DNA of 37,573 nt from Desulfonema limicola (GTDB lineage Bacteria; Desulfobacterota; Desulfobacteria; Desulfobacterales; DYRC01): NCBI GenBank assembly GCA_020718925.1, contig DYRC01000004.1:2235-39807 (forward strand), in the 5' to 3' direction. Of the stretch, positions 7,939 through 14,479 are shown piece by piece. A program made the position numbers and the translations under genes. The notes under the pieces are model-generated. The model saw nothing but the letters and a program-made list of their open reading frames with translations. It searched no databases and had not been told where the DNA came from. How positions within the stretch are numbered: the first letter of the stretch is position 1; every line of letters begins with the position of its first letter.

Positions 7939-8436
7939 TCAAAGCACCCCTCCCCCGGACCCTCCCCTGAAAGGAGAGGGGAGCGCTGATGATGTCTCCC
8001 CCTTCCCTTTCAGGGAAGGGGTCCGGGGGGTTAGGTGAGTTTGAAAGCGATTTGGTATCAGATGAATCTCTTTTACATTAGCCTGCTTCTGAGCTACCGG
8101 ATGACTCCCCTTGCCGCTAGAGTTTGGTGAATAGGTTACAGCGCTGTTTCCCGAATACCAACCTATCACATTCAGATTCGGATCAACAGGAGTGGAACTA
8201 GTATATGTAATTCCTCCGTTTGAAAATGCTGTTGCACTTCCGGCTCTTGCCGCATAATCGGTTGATTCAACCGACTTGTTTACAGGTAAAATGCTGTACA
8301 TACAAAGCAGGGTTCTCAGCCCCGCCACCACCTGCAATGCGTAAATTGCTTCTTCCAAGCCGATTTTGCCGTTGCAGTCAGCATCTCCGTCGGGAATCAG
8401 GATGAAAGGATGGTGGACGGATTGAAGGATAGACAT
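7939..8436 (-). pseudogene. Gene remnant (dockerin-like motif plus FGE-sulfatase-like fragment) capped at both ends by repeats
   Basis: The first ~7 aa (from 8436; MSILQSV) and about the last 38 aa (PNRFQTHLT..GGGVL) of the ORF translate repeat elements (8416-8481 and 7944-8058). The middle has DGDADCNGKIGLEEAIYALQVVAGL and GWYSGNS..GSHPVAQKQAN. The latter resembles the core of FGE-sulfatase/SUMF1 domains, but the fragment is far too short for that domain. Confidence 0.5.
7944..8058 (+). repeat. C/G-rich double-hairpin repeat, copy 2 (variant A)
   Basis: About 95% identical by eye to 2710-2826, including the tail GGTTAGGTGAGTTTGAAAGCGATTTGGTAT. Confidence 0.85.
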
Positions 8437-8481
8437 AATCCTTTAATCCTTATAAAATCCTTCAATCCTGATTCAGACAAT
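8416..8481 (+). repeat. Small palindromic repeat, copy B, with GATTCAGACAAT tail
   Basis: GACGGATTGAAGGAT..ATCCTTATAAAATCCTTCAATCCTGATTCAGACAAT. Same orientation as copy A. Confidence 0.75.
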
Positions 8482-8517
8482 AAAAAAAGCCGCCCCCGAA
8501 ACACTTCGGAAAGCGGC
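8482..8517 (-). terminator. Strong Rho-independent terminator (minus strand)
   Basis: Minus strand reads GCCGCTTTCCGAAGTGTTTCGGGGGCGGC followed by TTTTTTT (A7 on the plus strand at 8482-8488). Confidence 0.6.
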
Positions 8518-8604
8518 TTATCAAAACCTGTTGATGCGTATGATTGATGCGCCTTTAAAAAAGCGCAATTTAGAAACCCTGAATTTCATATATCATCCTG
8601 ATTT
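8482..8604 (-). ncRNA. Candidate ~120-nt small RNA (orphan promoter-terminator unit)
   Basis: TTGACA (rc 8635-8640), 18-nt spacer, TATTTT (rc 8611-8616), preceded by an A-tract. The terminator at 8482-8517 follows. No credible ORF lies between them (only an 8-codon ATG..TAA). Confidence 0.25.
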
Positions 8605-8697
8605 TTTAAAAAAATACTATGAATCAAGAAGGGTTGTCAAGATTTTTTTTGTTCATATCGGCTTGAATGGAAGGCATTTACTTTGATTAATGTCAAA

Positions 8698-8721
8698 AGC
8701 CCCGAAATGAATTTCAGGGCT
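8698..8721 (-). terminator. Weak hairpin 60 nt downstream of the helicase stop
   Basis: AGCCCCGAA/TTCAGGGCT stem with one mismatch. Only a short T-run follows on the minus strand. Confidence 0.3.
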
Positions 8722-8780
8722 TGAATTTCAGACCGTCTGACGCCTCAAATTAATAGGCGGGCGGTTTATCGCGCATGATC

Positions 8781-10265
8781 TCAGGCAGAGAGTCTTGACT
8801 CTCCTTTGCGATATCGGCTCTTTCTGCTGTTTTTATCCGGCGGAGCAGATTTTGTATCAAAACGCCTGCCGGTATTCTTTTCTTTAAAATACGTTTTCCG
8901 CTTGGGTTGTTTGGGACGCGCTTCGGATTTATGATATCCCATATCGGCATTGATGTCCTCAGAATTGTCATAATCCTTGAAAACCCGATTGAACTCCGCG
9001 GAAATAAACCGCCGAATCAGCTCTTCTTTATCAAACTCTTTCAGCGATTGATACACAGCCGGAAGATAAGCGGAAATGCTCTCATGGCTCATATCCGCCG
9101 TTACAATCTTTTCTACCAGCCCGAACACCTGCCGCTCGCAGATGGCGTTTCCATTGGGGATTTTGCCGAACTTGAACCGGATATTGCCCCGTTTTTCCAA
9201 CTCACTGATCCGGCGCATTTCTTTTTTGTTAATCAATACCATCGAATCGCCTGATTTTCCGGCGCGTGCGGTTCTGCCGCTCCGATGGGTATAGATATCC
9301 GCCTCATCCGGCAGCTTATAATGAATCACATGCGTAATATCAGCAACATCCAACCCTCTTGCAGCAACATCGGTTGCCACGAGAATCCGGGTTGTTCTTT
9401 GTCTGAATTTCCGCATCACATAATCCCGCTGCGCCTGAGACAAATCTCCGTGAATGGCTTCAGCCTGATACCCGTCCTGAATGAGCGATTCCGCAACCGT
9501 CTGGGTTTCTTTGCGGGTTCTGCAAAAAACCAGCGCGAACATATCAGGCATAAAATCTATGATTCTTTTCAGACACTCATATCTGTCTTTTTCCTGAATC
9601 ACATAACAGGTATGCGCGATATTTGCAGGCGAGTGATTTTTTGCGCCCACCGTTACTTCTATGGGATCGCTTAAGTAATTTTTTGCGATAGCCGCAACTC
9701 CGGCAGGCATGGTGGCGGAAAACAGCCAAATCCGCCGGTTATCAGGCATTTTACTCAGAATGCTGTCAATATCTTCCTGAAAGCCCATGTTCAGCATTTC
9801 ATCCGCTTCATCCAATACCGCATACGAAATTTTAGACAGCCTGACCGCTTTGCGCTCAAGAAGGTCAATCATTCGTCCGGGGGTTGCCACAATAATCTGC
9901 GCCCCGTTTTTAAGCTGCCGGGTCTGGTTTGAAATGCTGGCGCCGCCATATACTGCGACAACGCTGACATTGCTTAAATGTCTGGCAAATTTTTTCAAAT
10001 CGTCGGTAATCTGCAGGCATAACTCGCGGGTAGGACATATCACGATTCCCTGGGGCGCCAAAAGAGACGCGTCAATCTGCTGGAGCAGCGGCAGTCCGAA
10101 CGCGCCGGTCTTTCCGGTTCCGGTTTGTGCAAGCCCCACAAAATCTCTTTTGCCGGAAAGAAGCGTGGGGATCGCCTTTTCCTGAATCGGCATCGGCGTC
10201 TGAAATCCCAGACCCTCTACCGCTTTAATCAATTCTGCCCTAAGCCCTAATGTTTCAAAACTCAT
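8781..10265 (-). CDS. DEAD-box ATP-dependent RNA helicase with basic C-terminal extension
   Basis: Q-motif GFQTPMPIQ; AQTGTGKT; PTRELC; DEADEML; SAT; HRSGRTARAGKSG. The C-terminal region is DbpA/DeaD-like with an R/K-rich tail. Confidence 0.9.
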   Translation of the reverse strand: MSFETLGLRAELIKAVEGLGFQTPMPIQEKAIPTLLSGKRDFVGLAQTGTGKTGAFGLPLLQQIDASLLAPQGIVICPTRELCLQITDDLKKFARHLSNVSVVAVYGGASISNQTRQLKNGAQIIVATPGRMIDLLERKAVRLSKISYAVLDEADEMLNMGFQEDIDSILSKMPDNRRIWLFSATMPAGVAAIAKNYLSDPIEVTVGAKNHSPANIAHTCYVIQEKDRYECLKRIIDFMPDMFALVFCRTRKETQTVAESLIQDGYQAEAIHGDLSQAQRDYVMRKFRQRTTRILVATDVAARGLDVADITHVIHYKLPDEADIYTHRSGRTARAGKSGDSMVLINKKEMRRISELEKRGNIRFKFGKIPNGNAICERQVFGLVEKIVTADMSHESISAYLPAVYQSLKEFDKEELIRRFISAEFNRVFKDYDNSEDINADMGYHKSEARPKQPKRKTYFKEKNTGRRFDTKSAPPDKNSRKSRYRKGESRLSA

Positions 10266-10288
10266 TCAATTCTTTCTTTCAAAAAGCA

Positions 10289-10366
10289 GCCGGAAATACT
10301 ATTGCATATAGGTTCCGGCAGTGTTATCCATAAAAAAAGCCGCCCATGCAAAATCCGGACGGCGTT
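10289..10366 (-). promoter_or_regulatory. Two terminator-like hairpins in the helicase 5' leader
   Basis: On the minus strand, hairpin 1 is GCCGTCC..GGGCGGC followed by T7 (rc of 10332-10366). Hairpin 2 is GCCGGAA..TTCCGGC followed by TGCTTTTT (rc of 10281-10319). Both lie between the predicted promoter and the ATG at 10265. Confidence 0.4.
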
Positions 10367-10377
10367 ACATTCAATCT

Positions 10378-10406
10378 GTTATACTCCGGTTAATTTCTGA
10401 TTGCAA
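10378..10406 (-). promoter_or_regulatory. Predicted sigma70-type promoter of the helicase
   Basis: TTGCAA (10401-10406), 17-nt spacer, TATAAC (rc 10378-10383). Confidence 0.4.
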
Positions 10407-10445
10407 CCTTTATTTTTTATTTTCAGCAATTCTGTTTTAAAATCC

Positions 10446-10476
10446 TTGACTTTTCAACCTGAGATTTTTATATGAT
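10446..10476 (+). promoter_or_regulatory. Possible promoter giving a leaderless or near-leaderless ahb-like transcript
   Basis: TTGACT (10446-10451), then TATATG or TATGAT at 17-19 nt spacing, ending 5-8 nt before the ATG at 10482. No Shine-Dalgarno sequence precedes that ATG. Confidence 0.3.
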
Positions 10477-10481
10477 GTTTC

Positions 10482-10949
10482 ATGCTGACAGAACTTGAAA
10501 AAAAAGTGATTGCCTCAATTCAGGGCGATATTCCCATTGTTGAATGCCCTTTTTCAGAAATAGCTGAAAAAACAGGTATTTATGAAGAAACGCTGCTTGA
10601 AACATTGAAAAGCCTTTGCGAGCGGGGAGTGATTCGGCGATTCGGCGCGACATTGCGGCATCAGAAATCCGGCTTTGACGCAAATGCAATGGTGGCGTGG
10701 CAGGTAGAAGAGGAGCGCGTTGAGGAAGTGGGCATAAAAATGGCGTCTTCCGGCAATGTATCGCACTGTTATCGCCGCAATCCCACGACAGATTGGCAGT
10801 ATAACCTTTACACCATGATTCATGCCAAAGATGAAGACACCTGCCGGAAAATTGCCCGTGATTTGGCACAGAAAGCCTCGGTGGAGACTTATCTTTTGTT
10901 GTTCAGCCGACGGGAACTCAAAAAGACCTCAATGCAGTATTTTACATGA
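10482..10949 (+). CDS. Siroheme decarboxylase subunit-like protein (AhbA/AhbB, NirD/L/G/H family; Lrp/AsnC-like)
   Basis: MLTELEKKVIASIQGDIPIVECPFSEIAEKTG..VIRRFGATLRHQKSGFDANAMVAW..NVSHCYRR...YNLYTMIH matches the family hallmark layout. Confidence 0.75.
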   Translation: MLTELEKKVIASIQGDIPIVECPFSEIAEKTGIYEETLLETLKSLCERGVIRRFGATLRHQKSGFDANAMVAWQVEEERVEEVGIKMASSGNVSHCYRRNPTTDWQYNLYTMIHAKDEDTCRKIARDLAQKASVETYLLLFSRRELKKTSMQYFT

Positions 10950-12244
10950 AAACCGGAGAACCGCATATTCTGCTGATTAATCCGTGGATTCATGATTTTG
11001 CCGCGTATGATTTCTGGGCAAAACCTATCGGATTGCTGTATCTGGCGGCTATGTTGGAGCAGCACGGTGTTGACGTCAGTTTTATCAATTGCCTGAATCG
11101 TTTTCATCCCAAAGCGCGTCCGTCTGATCCTCATGCCCGGTACGGACGGGGACATTATCTGAAAACCCGAATCCCCAAACCCCAAGGATTAGATGATATT
11201 CCCCGATATTTTTCGCGCTACGGCATCAGAGAAGAATGGTTCAGGGAAGATTTGCAGGCTCTGCCGACACCGGATCTGATTCTTGTAACGTCTCTGATGA
11301 CATACTGGTATCCGGGAGTTCGGGATGTCATAAGCATTTTGCGCGAATATTTTCCGAATACGCCGGTCATTCTGGGCGGAATTTATGCCACGCTCTGCAC
11401 GGATCACGCCCGAAAATATTGCGGCGCGGATAAAGTCATTACCGGAGCCGGGGAAAAGCAGCTATTTGATGTTGTGGCAGAATACTGCGACTTTTCCATA
11501 ACGCCCCAGTATGACCCGGATGATTTGAATTGCCTTCCCTATCCGGCATTTCATCTTGAAAACGTCATATCATATATTCCGATTCTGACCTCAAGAGGCT
11601 GCCCGTTTTCCTGCGCGTATTGTGCTTCGCGGATATTGGAGCCGAAGCTCCGGCGCAGAAATCCTGAAAACGTGGCAGAGGAAATTCTCTTCTGGCATAA
11701 AAAACACGGCGTGAAGAATTTTGCATTTTATGACGATGCGCTGCTTACAGACCCGGAGCATCACGCAATTCCCCTGCTGGAAAAGATTATCGCTTCCGAC
11801 ATCAAAGTCTTTTTTCATACGCCGAATGCGCTGCATATCCGGGAAATATCGCCATACATTGCAAAGCTGATGTTTGACGCGGGATTTGAAACCATCCGGC
11901 TTGGGCTTGAAACCACCGAATTTGAAGACAGAAAAGAATTGGATAGAAAAGTAACCGAATCTCAATTCAGACAGGCGGTTTCATATCTTAAAGCCGCCGG
12001 TTTCAGAAAAGAGCAGATCGGCGCGTATCTGCTGACCGGTCTGCCGGGGCAGTCATTGGAATCTGTGGAAAGGTCTGTCAGAACCGTCAGAGAAAGCGGT
12101 ATCGAACCTGCGTTGGCGCAATATACGCCGATTCCTCATACCGCATTATGGAAAAAAGCTGTGGCGTGTTCGCGCTATGATCTTGAAGCTGATCCGATTT
12201 TTACCAATAATTCAATATTGCCATGCAGTTCTGTCATATCCTGA
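10946..12244 (+). CDS. Class B (B12-binding-domain-like) radical SAM protein
   Basis: ATGA overlap with the upstream gene. N-terminal Rossmann-like ILLINPW..PIGLLYLAAML; CxxxCxxC cluster motif SRGCPFSCAYCAS. Confidence 0.85.
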   Translation: MKTGEPHILLINPWIHDFAAYDFWAKPIGLLYLAAMLEQHGVDVSFINCLNRFHPKARPSDPHARYGRGHYLKTRIPKPQGLDDIPRYFSRYGIREEWFREDLQALPTPDLILVTSLMTYWYPGVRDVISILREYFPNTPVILGGIYATLCTDHARKYCGADKVITGAGEKQLFDVVAEYCDFSITPQYDPDDLNCLPYPAFHLENVISYIPILTSRGCPFSCAYCASRILEPKLRRRNPENVAEEILFWHKKHGVKNFAFYDDALLTDPEHHAIPLLEKIIASDIKVFFHTPNALHIREISPYIAKLMFDAGFETIRLGLETTEFEDRKELDRKVTESQFRQAVSYLKAAGFRKEQIGAYLLTGLPGQSLESVERSVRTVRESGIEPALAQYTPIPHTALWKKAVACSRYDLEADPIFTNNSILPCSSVIS

Positions 12245-12262
12245 AATCCCGATTCAGACAAT
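12238..12262 (+). repeat. Partial copy of the small-repeat right arm (ATCCTGAAATCCCGATTCAGACAAT)
   Basis: Compare ATCCTTCAATCCTGATTCAGACAAT at 8457-8481. The 12-mer GATTCAGACAAT is identical. This copy overlaps the radical SAM stop codon. Confidence 0.5.
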
Positions 12263-12422
12263 CAGTTAAGGGTAAGCACAGGGGCTTACCCCCATTGCCA
12301 TTAAGTTAAGACAGGAATCAGAAATTAAGGTCAATAACTATTTTCCTGCAAGCTTTTGAAAAATACATTATACTTATTTGATTAGATTTGCTTACACGTA
12401 GTTGTTTTCATAAAAACAGTTC

Positions 12423-12451
12423 TTGCATTTTTATAACGGCGGATATATAAA
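12423..12451 (+). promoter_or_regulatory. Predicted sigma70-type promoter for the island's first operon
   Basis: TTGCAT (12423-12428), 17-nt spacer, TATAAA (12446-12451). Confidence 0.35.
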
Positions 12452-12470
12452 CTGAACTATTTGATGAAGG

Positions 12471-12511
12471 TTTTCCGGCTATCATGTCAAAATCACATGA
12501 TAGCCGGAAAA
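12471..12511. promoter_or_regulatory. Perfect 17-bp inverted repeat (operator or 5'-UTR hairpin)
   Basis: TTTTCCGGCTATCATGT-caaaatc-ACATGATAGCCGGAAAA. It sits between the predicted promoter and the ATG at 12568. No downstream T-run on either strand, so it is not a canonical terminator. Confidence 0.5.
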
Positions 12512-12567
12512 AAACTGTTCAATCACTGGTTATGCCTCTTGGTCAATAATGCGCTTTAGGAAACACT

Positions 12568-13110
12568 ATGACAAAAGATAAGTTTGAAGAATTCATAAGC
12601 AAACAGAAGAAGAAATCGTCTTCTATTGAGATTGATTGGGATATACAACGATCTGAATGGCTTCAGCATTTAGACCTGTTCTATGAGTCAATTGAACTCT
12701 TTCTCAAACCATACACAGAGAACAAGACAATCGAACTCTCTTTTGGAACAAAGAAAATTATTGAGGAGTACATCGGCGAGTACGAAGCAAAAACGGCTCA
12801 AATTACGATTGGAATCAACAGGATAAAACTTGATCCTATTGGCACAAATCTGATCGGAGCCAAAGGACGAGTTGATTTAATTGGACCGAACGGGAAGATA
12901 AAGTTTGTTCTTGTGAACGAGTCTGCTTCAGCACCGAAAATATCCGGAAGAGTTTGGATTCAAGGAGAAGAACCGCCTACAAATGAAGAAGAGCAGCCTA
13001 AAGTTATTTCGTGGGTTTGGCGCATAGCAACCCCACCGCCAAAAATCAAGTATTTTCCTCTTGAGAAAGAATCCTTCCTTGACGCATTAATGGAAGTTTC
13101 AAATGGCTGA
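12568..13110 (+). CDS. Hypothetical 180-aa protein, upstream partner of the HEPN-like protein
   Basis: AGGAAA RBS 6 nt upstream. AT-rich: 35% GC in a 60-nt spot count at 12601-12660, versus 57% at 12001-12060. No TM segment and no motif recognised. Confidence 0.65.
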   Translation: MTKDKFEEFISKQKKKSSSIEIDWDIQRSEWLQHLDLFYESIELFLKPYTENKTIELSFGTKKIIEEYIGEYEAKTAQITIGINRIKLDPIGTNLIGAKGRVDLIGPNGKIKFVLVNESASAPKISGRVWIQGEEPPTNEEEQPKVISWVWRIATPPPKIKYFPLEKESFLDALMEVSNG

Positions 13111-13636
13111 AAAAGTCACCTTCTCAGGGCAGCATCTTGACTTATCCGAGATAACCGAGCATTACACAGATGTTGAACTGTCACTTCGACAACTATTTTC
13201 GTCTGCACTGGATAATGAAGAGCGATTTGCTGGGTATAGCCCGACTGAGGTTGCAGAAGAACTCGAATATAGACTAGCAGAAGAAGGAAATCTGGTAGCT
13301 CTTTCCATTTTGGCAGCGATAGAGGCGGCATTTAGGGTTGATTATCTTCAAAGAGTCTACGCAAAGAAGAAAGACCCTCTTTCAAGAGCTTTCCGCGAGC
13401 TACATGAGATCAAAGGATCTAGAGCATCGCTTGAAGACGAGATATTCAATACTTGGCTAAAATACACCAATGTACAGCCCCAGCTTATAGGCAATCTACG
13501 AGGCGCCTTCAAGTTTCGTCACTGGCTTGCTCATGGTCGCTACTGGAAACCTAAGCTTGGTCAGCGCTATGACTATCATGGCGTTTACACTTTAGCTGAA
13601 GGTGTATTCAGATCGCTGCCTTTGCTGACAAATTAG
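13103..13636 (+). CDS. HEPN-like putative RNase (Rx4H motif)
   Basis: 8-nt overlap (ATGGCTGA) with the upstream gene. All-helical-looking sequence with KFR139HWLAH144GRYW (nt 13517-13534), matching the HEPN R-x4-H catalytic signature. Size (177 aa) is typical of single-domain HEPN toxins. Confidence 0.55.
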   Translation: MAEKVTFSGQHLDLSEITEHYTDVELSLRQLFSSALDNEERFAGYSPTEVAEELEYRLAEEGNLVALSILAAIEAAFRVDYLQRVYAKKKDPLSRAFRELHEIKGSRASLEDEIFNTWLKYTNVQPQLIGNLRGAFKFRHWLAHGRYWKPKLGQRYDYHGVYTLAEGVFRSLPLLTN

Positions 13637-13705
13637 GCATAACCCATCATTCAACACGGACTGGCGCGATAAAGCCTCGCCAGCCGGTTAATTCAGACGT
13701 TAGGA
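13637..13705 (+). repeat. attC-like imperfect palindrome immediately after the HEPN-like gene
   Basis: GCATAAC...CGGACTGGCG-cgataaagcct-CGCCAGCCGG...GTTAGGA. The ends approximate RYYYAAC and GTTRRRY. The stem has bulged bases. 69 nt long. Confidence 0.3.
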
Positions 13706-13772
13706 TTTTAATAAATTCTGCTGACAACTTAACATACTGTTGCACCTGACAAAAACAGGTGAAGTAATATAG

Positions 13773-14237
13773 ATGGAATCGGTATATATTGAGACATCCG
13801 TTCTGAGCTATCTTACGGCACGACCGAGCCGGAATCTTATAGCGGCTGCAAGACAGAGAATTACAACAGAATGGTGGGATAAGCAGAACTATCGGATTTT
13901 CACCTCGAATGTTGTGATTGCCGAATCAGGTCAGGGTGATACGGAATGTTCACAGTTGAGACTGGGCATAATAAAGGATATTCCGAGACTTGCAATCACG
14001 CCTGAATGTCATCGGTTAGCCGAAAAACTCATTGCCGACTGTGTGCTGCCTGAAAATGCTCAGGATGACGCATTACATATTGCCGTATCAAGCTGTCATT
14101 ATACAGATTTTCTTCTGACTTGGAATTGCAGGCATCTGGCAAATGCACATATCATCCCGAAAATAAGGAAACTTATTGAGTCGGAAGGATATAAGTTTTC
14201 ACAGATATGCACACCGGAGGAGCTGATCGGAGAATAA
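13773..14237 (+). CDS. PIN-domain toxin (VapC-like)
   Basis: Acidic residues in PIN positions: YIETSVL (N-terminal), ..AESGQGD.., QDDALHIAV, LLTWNCRHLAN. 154 aa. Confidence 0.75.
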   Translation: MESVYIETSVLSYLTARPSRNLIAAARQRITTEWWDKQNYRIFTSNVVIAESGQGDTECSQLRLGIIKDIPRLAITPECHRLAEKLIADCVLPENAQDDALHIAVSSCHYTDFLLTWNCRHLANAHIIPKIRKLIESEGYKFSQICTPEELIGE

Positions 14238-14238
14238 T

Positions 14239-14457
14239 ATGGAAAACGTTATCAGAGATGAAATAATCGAAGAATTATGGCAGATAAAGGACAGGTTCTC
14301 ATTTTCCTGCAACAGAAATATCGGAGAGCTTATAAAAAAAATGAACGCCATAGCGGAAGAGTTGAATTTTGCAGAAAAAAAAATGACCGGGCAGTCTGAC
14401 CGGGTCGTTGTACCTGACGGAGTTGGATGCCAGCAGGTGAACTTGCCGTTAGGATAA
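14239..14457 (+). CDS. Small partner protein of the PIN toxin (putative antitoxin, downstream position)
   Basis: Starts 1 nt after the PIN stop. N-terminal RDEIIEELWQIKDRFSFSCNRNIGELIKKMN looks like the small helical partners often found beside this PIN subtype. The C-terminal tail may be non-native. Confidence 0.45.
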   Translation: MENVIRDEIIEELWQIKDRFSFSCNRNIGELIKKMNAIAEELNFAEKKMTGQSDRVVVPDGVGCQQVNLPLG

Positions 14458-14479
14458 GTGATACGGTATTTCACGGAAT

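Noticed and set aside
8482-10345. The shared 15-mer TAAAAAAAGCCGCCC flanking the helicase locus, read as the ends of a mobile element
   Set aside because: Both copies are simply the A-tract plus stem start of intrinsic-terminator-like hairpins in direct orientation. The rest of the hairpins differ, and the enclosed gene is a core helicase.
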